Shown piece after piece: positions 1-10,104 of a DNA stretch of 64,000 nt. This DNA is from an uncultured Verrucomicrobiae bacterium. Lineage in GTDB: Bacteria > Verrucomicrobiota > Verrucomicrobiia > Limisphaerales > Palsa-1400. Where the stretch lies: positions 672,001-736,000 of the forward strand of contig CAVPOM010000004.1 in the NCBI GenBank assembly GCA_963707025.1, given 5' to 3'. The translations under genes were made by a program, and so were the position numbers. Each line of letters opens with the position of its first letter. Positions within the stretch are counted from its first letter, which is position 1. The notes beneath the pieces were generated by a model. The model did no database searches. It was not told where the DNA came from and saw only the letters and a list, made by a program, of their open reading frames with translations.

Positions 1-1
1 G

Positions 2-121
2 CCAAAATTCCTGGCCGGCGGCGCAGGGACGCGCGTGGCCCAAGCCTTGAAAGAAATCGGCTACGCCCACGTCACGCTGGATTTGCAAGGCTATCGCCAG
101 GGCAGTTCGAAGGGGGTTTAG
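2..121 (+). CDS. larE: 3' end of ATP-dependent sacrificial sulfur transferase LarE-like protein (partial, runs off window start)
   Basis: Frame from base 2 reads PKFLAGGAGTRVAQALKEIGYAHVTLDLQGYRQGSSKGV*; G-Y-x-x-V-T-L-D-L-x-G-Y-R-x-G-S is the typical LarE C-terminus. Confidence 0.7.
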   Translation, partial: PKFLAGGAGTRVAQALKEIGYAHVTLDLQGYRQGSSKGV

Positions 122-222
122 GATTAGGATTAGGATTTGCTGTCACCCGGAGTTTGGATTATTGTCCTGACAGGAAACACGATAAAAGCGACCGTCCTTT
201 GAGCCAGGCCGGTGTTCTGAAT

Positions 223-699
223 ATGAGTGAGGAAACCGCCCGGCAGGCCCTGGCCGAGACTTTGGGCAACGAGACTATTTTACTGGTTGATGACGAGGAG
301 CTCACCCGCCTGATGCTGGTGGAAATATTAACGCGCCAAGGCTATGGCGTGCTGGATGCGGCACGGGGCGCCAACGCGTTGACGCTGGTGGAAAAGGCGG
401 CCAAGCCGATTGATCTGCTGGTGACCGATATGTCCATGCCCGGCATGACGGGCTGGGAATTGGCCAAAAGCCTGCGCACGACCCGCCCCGGCCTTCCCGT
501 GCTCTTTATTTCCGGCCATAATAATCACGAAACGCAAAGTTGGGGCAGGCTGGACCCGCCGCTGGATTATTTGTTCAAACCTTTTTCCTTGGAAGCGTTT
601 TTGTACAAGGCGCGCCACCTGCTGGATCGCGGAAAAATGTCCGCCGCGGACCGGCTGCGGGAAAAAGCGGGCGCCGGCAGCCCGCCGGTCGTTTCGTGA
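223..699 (+). CDS. Single-domain response regulator (CheY-like receiver)
   Basis: ETILLVDDEE, LLVTDMSMPGMTGWELA, VLFISG, YLFKPF receiver motifs; ATG at 223 preferred over TTG 154. Confidence 0.9.
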   Translation: MSEETARQALAETLGNETILLVDDEELTRLMLVEILTRQGYGVLDAARGANALTLVEKAAKPIDLLVTDMSMPGMTGWELAKSLRTTRPGLPVLFISGHNNHETQSWGRLDPPLDYLFKPFSLEAFLYKARHLLDRGKMSAADRLREKAGAGSPPVVS

Positions 700-701
700 A
701 A

Positions 702-1832
702 ATGGAGCCTTCTGCCGCGCCCATTGCCCGGTCGCCCGCGCGGGCCGGCGACGCCCCGGCCGCAGCCTGGCCGGAGTCCATGCAGCGGCAGGCGCTGGAA
801 TACACCCGGCAGTGGGTCGTGGAGCGGCAGGGTTCCTCCGGCGAATTGATCAGGGGGCTGGAGGAGCAACTGGGCTGGCCGGCGCGGCATATTCTCCCGG
901 GTGTGCTGGCGGCCTTGCGCGCCATCAGGGATTTGCCCGCGACGGAGCGCAAATTCCTTAACTACACACTCAACGACGGCGCGGTGCGGGAGGCCCTGGC
1001 CGGGGAAGCGGGCCCCAACGCGGAGCATCAATCTTCGCTGGATGAGTTGTTTGTGCGCAGCCGGCAATATCGCCGCTCCAAAAGGTTCGCCGCGGCGGTG
1101 GATTTCATGTCGAGATTCCGCGAGTATTCGCCGTTCAACAACATGCTGGTTTTTTTGCAGAACCCGCTCGCCACCTACTTCGCCACCGCCAGCCATTGGC
1201 GCAAGGCTTTCCGGCGCACCGTCAAGGACGAGGCCCGGGGCCTGGTCATCCTGGCCCCGCGCACGCCCGTGCTGATGGTTTATGATATTGCCGACACGGA
1301 CGGGCCGCCTTTGCCGCACAAGTTGCGGGTCTTCATGCAAACCACCGGCCCATTCAATCCGCTGATCCTGGAGCGCACTCTGAAAAACGCGGAGAGGGAC
1401 CGCGTCCGCATCGAGCGCAAGGCAATGGGACCGCTGCGCGGGGGGTTCGCCACCGCGCGGGCGCGGGAGCAGCCTTGGAAAATGCGCATCGGCCTGCGCC
1501 AGGAACTGGAGCCGGCGGCGGCCTATGCCGTGCTCTGCCATGAATTGGCCCACATTTATTTGGGGCATTTGGGCGCGGACAAGGAGGGTGGGTGGCCCTG
1601 GCGATTGAGTCTGCCTTACGCGGTCACGGAGATGGAAGCCGAAGCGGTGGCGTACATTGTCTGCCGCCGGACCGGCTTGCACACCCGCTCGGCGGAATAT
1701 CTCTCCGGCTTTGTGGACGAGGAGGCCGGCCTGGAATCCATCAGCCTGGACCTGGTCAGCCGCGCGGCCGCCCGCATCGAGGACATGGGCCGCCGCCTGC
1801 TGCCTCCGCGCCTGGAGGCCGGCGGCGAGTGA
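702..1832 (+). CDS. ArdC-like ssDNA-binding domain fused to ImmA/IrrE-like HExxH metallopeptidase
   Basis: YSPFNNMLVFLQNPLATYFATASHWRKAFRRTVK resembles the ArdC N-terminal domain; LCHELAHIYLGH and EMEAEAVAYIVC are zincin motifs. Confidence 0.75.
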   Translation: MEPSAAPIARSPARAGDAPAAAWPESMQRQALEYTRQWVVERQGSSGELIRGLEEQLGWPARHILPGVLAALRAIRDLPATERKFLNYTLNDGAVREALAGEAGPNAEHQSSLDELFVRSRQYRRSKRFAAAVDFMSRFREYSPFNNMLVFLQNPLATYFATASHWRKAFRRTVKDEARGLVILAPRTPVLMVYDIADTDGPPLPHKLRVFMQTTGPFNPLILERTLKNAERDRVRIERKAMGPLRGGFATARAREQPWKMRIGLRQELEPAAAYAVLCHELAHIYLGHLGADKEGGWPWRLSLPYAVTEMEAEAVAYIVCRRTGLHTRSAEYLSGFVDEEAGLESISLDLVSRAAARIEDMGRRLLPPRLEAGGE

Positions 1833-1886
1833 GGGGAGGCGCAATCCGCGCTGGACAAACAGCGCCGCGCCGCCCTATTTTCCGGC

Positions 1887-2471
1887 ATGGCCTTAACTGC
1901 TTCAACCATGCTGGCGCTGGGAACGGCGGCCCCGGATTTCCGGCTGCCCGACGTGAACGGAAAAATGGTGGCGCTGGCGGATTTTAACTCCGCCCCGGCC
2001 CTGGTGGTTCTGTTCATCTGCAATCACTGTCCCTACGTCAAACATATCCGCGCCGGGCTGGCCGAATTCGGCCGGGACGCGCAGAAGCGCGGCGCCGCCG
2101 TGGTCGCGATCAACGCCAACGACGCCGAAGAGTATGCGGAGGACAGCCCGGCAAAGATGAAGCAGGAAGCGCAGGCGGTGGGTTACCCGTTTGCCTACCT
2201 GTTTGACGAGTCCCAGGCGGTGGCCAAGGCCTACCGGGCGGCCTGCACGCCGGATATATTTCTGTTTGACAAAGATCGCAGGCTGGCTTACCGCGGCCAG
2301 TTTGATGACAGCCGCCCGGGCAAAAGCGCGCCGGTGACGGGCCGGGATTTGCGGGCCGCGCTGGAGGCGGTTTTGGCGGGAAAGCCCGGTCCGGCCATCC
2401 AGACCGCCAGCATCGGCTGCAACATCAAGTGGAAGCCCGGCAACGCGCCGGATTACGCCGGAGGAGTTTAG
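1887..2471 (+). CDS. Thioredoxin-family (AhpC/TSA, PRX-like1) protein
   Basis: APDFRLPD, FICNHCPYV, YRAACTPDIFLFD, YRGQFDDSRP, SIGCNIKWK. Confidence 0.9.
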   Translation: MALTASTMLALGTAAPDFRLPDVNGKMVALADFNSAPALVVLFICNHCPYVKHIRAGLAEFGRDAQKRGAAVVAINANDAEEYAEDSPAKMKQEAQAVGYPFAYLFDESQAVAKAYRAACTPDIFLFDKDRRLAYRGQFDDSRPGKSAPVTGRDLRAALEAVLAGKPGPAIQTASIGCNIKWKPGNAPDYAGGV

Positions 2472-2483
2472 GATTGTGATTGT

Positions 2484-2585
2484 AATGCGCCAGTCCTGGT
2501 TGGCAGGGTCCCGATTCATCGGGATCGAGCCGTAACTCGATTCCGTGGGATTTAGTCACGGCTCGAACAGAGTCTCGCCCTGCCG
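2484..2585. repeat. REP-like inverted repeat containing a TCCCGA-N4-TCGGGA hairpin
   Basis: ggcaggg..tcgagccg pairs with cggctcga..ccctgcc; 5' flank atgcgccagtcctggttgg resembles the reverse complement of the 3' flank of the 3548 element. Confidence 0.6.
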
Positions 2586-2623
2586 ATTGAGAATCGCGCA
2601 TTTCTGGCAGCGAAGATTTCCAC

Positions 2624-3613
2624 ATGCAAAATAGTTTTCTCGGAATCGAAATCGGCGGCACCAAATTGCAAATCGTGGCCGGCAATGAGGCGGGCGCAAT
2701 TGAGGAGCGATTTCGCTTTGCCATCAGGCCCGCCGGCGGCGCTGCCGGGATTCGCCGCCAAATGGAAGAAACGCTCCGCGATCTGGTCCCGCGCCTCAAA
2801 CCGTCCGCCATCGGGGTCGGTTTTGGCGGCCCGGTGGATTGGCGGACCGGAGTCATCTGCTGCTCGCATCACATTGAGGGATGGACGGATTTTCCGCTGG
2901 GGCCGAGGTTGTCCGGGCTGGCGGGCGCGCCGGTTTATGTGGACAATGATGCCAATGTGGCGGCGCTGGCAGAGGCGCGGCGCGGCGGGGGCCATGGATT
3001 TAATCCGGTTTTTTACGTGACGCTGGGCAGCGGAGTCGGGGGCGGCCTGGTGGTGGACGGAAGGATTTATCACGGGGCCAGGCCCGGCGAGGTGGAAATC
3101 GGGCATGTCCGCCTGGACCGGTCCGGCGTCATCCTGGAATCGCGCTGTTCGGGCTGGGCGGTGGATGGGAAAGTGCGGCGGGCCATGGCGGAGAATCCAT
3201 TGGGTTTGCTGGCCAGCCAGGCCGGTGGCGCCACGAGTGGGGAGGCAAGGTTCATCGCGCCGGCCCTGGCGGGAGGCGATGCGGCCGCGCGAAGGATTTT
3301 GGAGGAAACGGCGGGTGATCTGGGTTTTGGCCTGTCGCATGTGGTGCAGTTGCTTCATCCGGAGGTCATCGTGCTGGGCGGAGGATTATCGCTCATTGGC
3401 GAACCGCTGCGGGCGGCGGTGGAAAGAGCATTGCCGCCGTTCGTCATGCAGGCGTTTCGGCCCGGGCCCAGGATTGTGCTGGCCGGGCTTGGGGAGGATG
3501 CCGTGCCGGTGGGGGCGCTGGAATTGGCCAAGCAGTGCCATGAGCCTGTCATGGGTGGCAGGGCGGGTCCCGAATTATCGGGACCCGCCCTGCCTTTCCC
3601 GATCCAACCATGA
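2624..3613 (+). CDS. ROK family sugar kinase (glucokinase-like)
   Basis: GIEIGGTK, VDNDANVAALAE, VTLGSGVGGGLVVDG, GEVEIGH, VIVLGGG; last ~22 codons run through a palindromic repeat. Confidence 0.9.
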   Translation: MQNSFLGIEIGGTKLQIVAGNEAGAIEERFRFAIRPAGGAAGIRRQMEETLRDLVPRLKPSAIGVGFGGPVDWRTGVICCSHHIEGWTDFPLGPRLSGLAGAPVYVDNDANVAALAEARRGGGHGFNPVFYVTLGSGVGGGLVVDGRIYHGARPGEVEIGHVRLDRSGVILESRCSGWAVDGKVRRAMAENPLGLLASQAGGATSGEARFIAPALAGGDAAARRILEETAGDLGFGLSHVVQLLHPEVIVLGGGLSLIGEPLRAAVERALPPFVMQAFRPGPRIVLAGLGEDAVPVGALELAKQCHEPVMGGRAGPELSGPALPFPIQP

Positions 3614-3615
3614 CT
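3548..3615. repeat. ~68 bp palindromic repeat, copy 1
   Basis: gtcatgggtggcagggcgggtcccgaattatcgggacccgccctgcctttcccgatccaaccatgact, near-identical to 48646-48713. Confidence 0.85.
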
Positions 3616-3670
3616 GGCGCAATACAATGGGGTCTTGAATCGCGGGCAAATTGACTTAGACTTGGGAGAG

Positions 3671-4240
3671 ATGAATCCTTGGATTTGCGATTATATCAAG
3701 GCCCAAAAGGCGGCGCTGGATTCCATTCCCGCGCAGGCGGTGGAGGAATTGGTCAAACTGCTGCGTCAGGCGCTGCAGGAGGACCGCCAGATTTTTGTCT
3801 TTGGCAACGGTGGCAGCGCCGCCAACGCCTCCCATTTCGTCACCGATCTGGGCAAAGGCGCCTCCGACAAAGCGGGCAGACGCTTCCGCTGCCTGTCCCT
3901 CAACGACAACGTGAGCTGGATGACGGCGCTGGCCAACGATTACGCCTATGAGGACATCTTCGTCCGCCAGTTGGAGAATTACGGGCGCAAAGGCGACGTG
4001 GCCCTGGCCCTGAGCGTGAGCGGCAATTCCCCCAACGGGGTCAAGGCCCTGGCCTGGGCCAAAAAGGCCGGGCTGACCACCATCGCCCTGGTGGGCGGCA
4101 AACGGGGCGAGATGGCCCGGCTCGCCCAGCATGTCATTGTAATTGACTCCGTTCATTACGGGCGGGTGGAGGACGCCCAGATGGCGATTTGCCACATGCT
4201 TTGTTATGCCTTCATGGAACATCCCGAATGGGCGCAATAG
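3671..4240 (+). CDS. SIS-domain phosphosugar isomerase (GmhA/DiaA-like)
   Basis: FGNGGSAANASH, TALANDYAYEDIFVRQ, SVSGNSPN, VEDAQMAICH. Confidence 0.85.
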   Translation: MNPWICDYIKAQKAALDSIPAQAVEELVKLLRQALQEDRQIFVFGNGGSAANASHFVTDLGKGASDKAGRRFRCLSLNDNVSWMTALANDYAYEDIFVRQLENYGRKGDVALALSVSGNSPNGVKALAWAKKAGLTTIALVGGKRGEMARLAQHVIVIDSVHYGRVEDAQMAICHMLCYAFMEHPEWAQ

Positions 4241-4261
4241 CCTGAAGCGCGCGTCTGTGTT

Positions 4262-5794
4262 ATGCCCGCGACCGAGCAGATTCGCAAAAAGATCGGGAAT
4301 CTGCCGCACAAGCCCGGGGTTTATTTGATGAAGGACCGTTTCGGCACGGTCATTTATGTGGGCAAGGCGCGCGATTTGCGCAAGCGCGTCAGCACCTATT
4401 TTCACCCTTCCCGCCGCCTGGGCTGGGACTTGAAGTTCAACGCGCTGGTGGACGCGGTGCATGACCTGGACACCTACACGGTGGGCAGCGAACCGGAGGC
4501 GCTGCTCCTGGAGGGCAAGCTCATCAAGGAATACCAGCCGCGCTACAACATCAGCTTTCGCGACGACAAACGGTTTCTGCTCATCAAAATCAACTTGAAC
4601 GATCCCATCCCGCGCTTCATGCTGACACGCCTGCGCCAGGACGACGGGGCGCGTTACTTTGGCCCCTTCGCCCATTCGGCCTCGGCGCGCCACACCCTCA
4701 CCCTGGCCCGGCGCAAATTCAATTTGCGCGGCTGCCGCCCCCTCACCCCCGGGGAGGAGGACTACAAACATTGCCTCTACGGCCATCTCAAATACTGCAC
4801 CGCTCCCTGCATCGGCAATGTCAGCCGCGAGGATTACCGCCTCCAGGCCCGGGCAGCCTGCGATTTCCTGGACGGCCAAACCGGCGAAATGGAGCGCGAT
4901 TTGGAAGAGCAGATGAAAAAGGCCGCCGCGGCGGAGGATTTTGAGAAGGCGGCGCAATGGCGCGACGCCCTGGACGACCTGCGCCGCACGGTGGAAAAAA
5001 CCAAAAAATTTCCGCGCCTGCCATACAGCCTTCCCGTGGCCGTGGAGCCGCAGGCGGACCTGGCCGAGCTGGCCAAAGTTCTCGCCCTGCCGGCCAACCC
5101 GGCGCGCATCGAGGGTTTTGACATTTCCAACATCAGCGGCACCTTCGCCGTCGCTTCCATGGTGAGTTTTCGCAACGGCAGGCCCGACCGCTCCAATTAC
5201 CGCCGCTACCGCATTAAAACGGCGGCGGGCCAGGACGACTTTGCCTGCATGGCCGAAACGGTGCGGCGGCGCTACGCGCGGTTGCTGGCGGAAGGCGTGG
5301 CCAGGCCCGGCGGGGAGGGCGGAGGAGCGGCCCCCATCCTGCTGCCCGACTTAATTTTGATTGACGGCGGCAAGGGGCAGCTCAACGCGGCGGTGGCGGA
5401 ACTGACCGCGCTGGGTTTGGAGCGCATCCCCATCCTGGGCCTGGCCAAGGAATTTGAGGAAATCTTCCGGCCCGGGGAGACGGAGCCATTGCGGTTGAGC
5501 CATGATTGCGGCGCATTGAAATTATTGCAGCGGGTGCGGGACGAGTCCCATCGTTTTGCCAACACCTACAACGCGCAACTGCGGCTGAAGAGAATCTCCG
5601 AAAGCATTCTGGATGAGTTTCCCGGAATGGGCGGCCGGCGCAAGGCGGCACTTTTGAAAAAATTCGGTTCCGTGCAACGATTGCGGCTGGCCCGGGTGGA
5701 GCAGATCGCGGAGGTTTGCGGTTTTGGCGGAAAGACGGCGGAGGCCTTGAAGAAGTTTCTGGAGGCGCACTCGCCCTCCGGTGGGAAGGTCTGA
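4262..5794 (+). CDS. uvrC: Excinuclease ABC subunit C
   Basis: GIY-YIG region PGVYLMKD/IYVGKARDLRKRV, UVR motif EDFEKAAQWRD, RIEGFDISN, LILIDGGKGQL, RDESHRFA, C-terminal HhH. Confidence 0.95.
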   Translation: MPATEQIRKKIGNLPHKPGVYLMKDRFGTVIYVGKARDLRKRVSTYFHPSRRLGWDLKFNALVDAVHDLDTYTVGSEPEALLLEGKLIKEYQPRYNISFRDDKRFLLIKINLNDPIPRFMLTRLRQDDGARYFGPFAHSASARHTLTLARRKFNLRGCRPLTPGEEDYKHCLYGHLKYCTAPCIGNVSREDYRLQARAACDFLDGQTGEMERDLEEQMKKAAAAEDFEKAAQWRDALDDLRRTVEKTKKFPRLPYSLPVAVEPQADLAELAKVLALPANPARIEGFDISNISGTFAVASMVSFRNGRPDRSNYRRYRIKTAAGQDDFACMAETVRRRYARLLAEGVARPGGEGGGAAPILLPDLILIDGGKGQLNAAVAELTALGLERIPILGLAKEFEEIFRPGETEPLRLSHDCGALKLLQRVRDESHRFANTYNAQLRLKRISESILDEFPGMGGRRKAALLKKFGSVQRLRLARVEQIAEVCGFGGKTAEALKKFLEAHSPSGGKV

Positions 5795-5826
5795 CCGATC
5801 GGTCCTATCAGTCGGATCCGACTGAT
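5793..5826. repeat. Two adjacent perfect palindromes between convergent uvrC and secA stops
   Basis: gaccgatcggtc (5793-5804) and atcagtcggatccgactgat (5807-5826). Confidence 0.7.
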
Positions 5827-5863
5827 TCCGTTTTGTCAGGCGGTTCCATGACCTTCCCCGCCG

Positions 5864-8800
5864 CTATCCGTTTTTGCCGCAGCACTGTTTGTATTTCTTG
5901 CCGCTGCCACAGGTGCAGGGGTCGTTGCGGCCCACTTTGGGGCCGGTGCGGACGGGCCTGGCCTTCTGGGCCTTGGCCACAAACTCGGTTGCTTCGGGTC
6001 ACCATGTCGCTGGGATTCTTGCCGCCGGCGGAGGCGGTGGCGGTGGGGGACTCCGGCTGGCCGGTGCCAAAGGAACTGACCTCCAGGTGGGTTGTTTTGC
6101 GCGGGATGCGGTTCTGGAATTGGGTCAGGGCCAGCAGGCTGGAGGAACTGCGGAAGATGTTGTGGCAAATCTCGCTTTTGATGCTGGTCATCAACTCCTC
6201 GAACACCTTGAAGGCCTCGGCCTGGTATTCCACCAGCGGATCGCGCTGGCCGTAGGCGCGCAAGCCGACGCTTTCGCGCAAGCCGTCCATGCCGTAGAGA
6301 TGCTCCTGCCAGAGCTTGTCCACGGAAACCAGGATGGTGTAGCGCTCCACCGATTTGAGGGCGTCGGGATTTTCACAACTGACCTTCAATTCATAAATGT
6401 TGCGCACGGCCTTGCAGATAAACTGGCAGACGGCAAATTGGGCCGCGCTCAGGCCGGCAAAGGCCGACCCTTCCAGCGGCGCCTCGTGGCCGGATTTGGC
6501 GGCCTTGATGATTTCCTCTTCGGGCATGGTCAGGGGAAAATTGAGGTTGACCCAGTCGGCCAGGGGCCGGGGCGTCCACTCCTCCGGTTCGGCGTTGTCC
6601 AGGGTCAATTCCCGGACTTTGGAGATGACCACTTCCTCCATGATGTCCATCAGCCGGTCGCGCACGTCGTCGGCGTTGATCACTTCGTCGCGGAAGCCGT
6701 AAATGACCTCGCGCTGTTTGTTCATCACGTCGTCGTATTCCAAGGTGCGTTTGCGGCGCTGGAAGTTCTGCTGTTCGACCCGCTTCTGGGCGGACTGGAT
6801 GGATTTATCGAGCATGAAGTGCTCCAGTTCCTGGCCTTCCTCCAGCCCGACCCGCTCCATCATTTTGACCAGTTTGTCCGAGCCGCCGAACAGGCGCATC
6901 AGGTCGTCCTCCAGGGAGATGAAAAAGTGGGAGGAGCCCGGGTCGCCCTGGCGGGCGCAACGTCCGCGCAACTGGCGGTCAATGCGGCGGGATTCGTGGC
7001 GCTCGGTGCCGATGACGTGCAAGCCGCCCAGCCCTGCCACGGCCTCGCCCAGTTTGATGTCGGTGCCGCGCCCGGCCATGTTGGTGGCGATGGTGACCGA
7101 GCCGCGCTGGCCGGCGCGGGAGACAATCTCGGCTTCCTGCTGGTGATATTTGGCGTTGAGGACGGAATGGATGATGCCGGTTTTCTGCAACATTCTGGAG
7201 ACATGCTCGCTGGTTTCCACCGAGACGGTGCCGACCAGAATGGGGCGGCCCTGGTTGTGAATGGCGGTGATTTCCTTGAGGACGGCGTTGAATTTTTCGC
7301 GTTTGGTTTTATAGACCGAATCGTTGGCGTCCCGCCGCGCCACCGGGCGGTTGGTGGGGATGACCAGGACGCCCAGTTTGTAAATGTCCAGAAATTCGGA
7401 GGCCTCGGTCTCGGCGGTGCCGGTCATGCCGGCCAGCTTTTTGTAAAGCCGGAAATAATTTTGAATGGTGATGGTGGCCAGGGTCTGGGTCTCGCGCTCG
7501 ACCTCCACCCCCTCCTTGGCTTCGACCGCCTGGTGCAAGCCGTCGCTCCAGCGCCGGCCATACATGGGCCGCCCGGTGTGTTCGTCCACGATGACCACCT
7601 TGCCGTTTTCCACCACGTAATGCACGTCCAGTTGGTAAAGACTGTAGGCCTTGAGCAGTTGGGAAATGGTATGGATGTCGCCGGCCTTGGATTCGAACTC
7701 GGCCTGGACTTGCGCTTTTAATTCCAGCCGCCGGCGCGGGTCGGCTTCCGGGCCGGTGTCTATCTCATGAAATTTCACGGTCAAATCCGGCAGGACGAAC
7801 GCGTCCGGGTCCTGGGGCCGCATGAAAGCGCGCCCTTTTTCCGTCAGGTCGGCATCATGGCTCTTCTCGTCCATGGCGAAGAACAGTTCCTCCTTCTCGG
7901 CATAAAGGGCTTTCTTGGTTTGATCGGCATGCAACTCCAATTCGGCCTGGTTCATCAGCCGCTGGTTCTCCGGATTTTCCAGCACTTTGAGAAAATTGGG
8001 CGAGCGGGGGCACCCCGACTTGACGCGAAACAGCAGCAGGCCGATTCTGGCTTCCAGCTCCTGCGGGCGGGCCGGATTGGAGCCGTCGGCCGGGTGCAGT
8101 TTTTTCATCAAATCCTCCGCCTCGGCCAGGAAGCGGGCGCACAGCTTTTCCTGGGCGCGCTCGAGCGATTCGACCACCGGTTTGAACTGGTCGTATTTGT
8201 TGTCAATGGCCAGCACGGACGGGCCGCTGATGATCAGGGGCGTGCGCGCCTCGTCAATAAGAATGGAGTCCACTTCGTCCACAATGGCGAAATAATGCCC
8301 GCGCTGCACCTGTTCCTCCCGGCGCATGGCCATGCCGTTGTCGCGCAAGTAATCGAAGCCGAATTCGGAGTTGGTGCCGTAGGTGATGTCGCAATTGTAT
8401 TGCTCGCGCCGCACGGCGGGGGATTGGTCCCGGAGAATGCAGCCGACCGTCAGGCCCAAAAACCGGTAAACCGCGCCCATCCATTCGCTGTCGCGCGCCG
8501 CCAGATAATCGTTGACCGTGACGACATGCACGCCCAGGCCGGTCAGGGCGTTGAGATAGACCGGCATGGTGGCGACCAGGGTTTTGCCCTCGCCGGTGGC
8601 CATTTCCGCGATCTTGCCCTGGTGCAGGGCGATGGCGCCGACCAGTTGCACGTCGAACGGGATCATCTCCCATTTCAGCGGATGTTCCCGCACGATGATT
8701 TCCGTGCCGCAGAGGCGGCGGCAGGCATCTTTCACCACGGCGCAGGCTTCGGGCAAGATCTCATTCAGGCGCGCCGCCCTTTCCGCCGCGTCCTGGATGG

Positions 8801-8966
8801 GCGCCAGCTCGGCCTTCCATTGTGCGGTTTTTTGGCGCAAAACCTCTTCCGGCTGGGACTGGAGCGCCGTTTCGTGCCCGTTGATCAGTTTGACCAGCGG
8901 ACCGAGCTTTCTCACCTCGCGTTCGTTTTTTGAACCGACAATTTTCTTGATGATATACTTGATCAT
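5864..8966 (-). CDS. secA: Preprotein translocase subunit SecA (apparent +1 frameshift near 5997)
   Basis: [58 protein letters not shown] motif [21 protein letters not shown] lies in another frame ending TAG at 5864. Confidence 0.95.
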
Positions 8967-9104
8967 ACCAGCTTTGGCGCGCCCCCTTCCTTCCAACTCC
9001 GGCCCGCCTGGCACGCCTGCGGCGGCTGGGCCGCCCCTCGCGCTGGGGAAGGCTACGGGAAGACAGGGGAAGCGTCAAAGAATAACCGCCCGGCCCCGCG
9101 CCGG

Positions 9105-9347
9105 CTAAGGGCGCTTGCCGCTCTTGCGGCCGCGATGGCCCTTGCGCCGCGTAACGCTTTCGATCATGAGTGAACTGAGATGATGCGGGGTTTCGTCGGC
9201 CTCAAAGAAGATGATAAACGAGCCTTTGGGCGAAACCATAACAAAATCCGGATGCGGCACGACAAAGCTTTCGCCGCTTACCATTTGGATTTTATATGGC
9301 TGGAACGGCACCGCGCGATTAAATTCACGTATTGATGTGACGACCAT
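9105..9347 (-). CDS. Small conserved hypothetical protein (80 aa)
   Basis: PFQPYKIQMVSGESFVVPHPDF resembles a small protein family common in PVC bacteria; fills the gap between genes. Confidence 0.6.
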   Translation of the reverse strand: MVVTSIREFNRAVPFQPYKIQMVSGESFVVPHPDFVMVSPKGSFIIFFEADETPHHLSSLMIESVTRRKGHRGRKSGKRP

Positions 9348-9397
9348 AGAAATTACATAGCCCGGTTCGCCTGATTTTTCAAGCGCCGGCTGGACCC

Positions 9398-10087
9398 TTA
9401 TTTTTCGCCGGGCGGATCGGCCACATCCACTTTTACCGGCGTGGTGGGAATGCTCACCACCGGGTCTTCCGCCAGCAAGGCCGGTTCGTAGGGGATGACC
9501 AGCGCATGGGTTTGGTCTGTTTTGAAGAGCCGGTCCCCGCTTTTGGCGTGAACCACCACGCTCGCCTCCTTTTCCAGGGGGTAAATCAGTTTCAGCCCGA
9601 AGATCTGCAAATCAGGCGAGCCGGGAATTTTCTTCATTTCACCGCGGATGATTTCCACGTCTTTGAGGGGCCGCATCAGCTCGCCATAATGAATACTGTG
9701 GGAGCGAATGGGGAGGACCTTCAAGCCCACGAACCATCCCAGGCACATGGTGTCTTTGGGCTGGTTGACCACCAGGAAGGGGCGTTCGGCCAGGAGGCTG
9801 TCCCGCATGGGGAGGGAAAAGCCGCCGTTGGTCGGGTTCAGTTCCACCGGGATCCGTCCCTCCTTGCTGTCAACATAAACGATCAAATCCCGGATGGCGA
9901 CCTCCGGCCGGGTCGAAAACATCCCCAAATACATGTAGAGGTTGGTAAAGGTCAGGCTGAGGCGGGCCTGGGTTTTCTGCATCTGGTAGATCAACTCATA
10001 AGGAATGCGGGCCGGCTCCGCCGCCGGGAGCAGGAACGCCCAGAACAGCAGCGCGCAAATTCCCAGGGGCCTGGCTCTCCGGTTCAT
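9398..10087 (-). CDS. Secreted hypothetical protein (possibly DUF2987-like)
   Basis: Signal-peptide-like MNRRARPLGICALLFWAFLLPAA; directly downstream of ccsA; start uncertain (10087 or 10099). Confidence 0.6.
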   Translation of the reverse strand: MNRRARPLGICALLFWAFLLPAAEPARIPYELIYQMQKTQARLSLTFTNLYMYLGMFSTRPEVAIRDLIVYVDSKEGRIPVELNPTNGGFSLPMRDSLLAERPFLVVNQPKDTMCLGWFVGLKVLPIRSHSIHYGELMRPLKDVEIIRGEMKKIPGSPDLQIFGLKLIYPLEKEASVVVHAKSGDRLFKTDQTHALVIPYEPALLAEDPVVSIPTTPVKVDVADPPGEK

Positions 10088-10104
10088 GGGCGGGAACATT
10101 CCTT

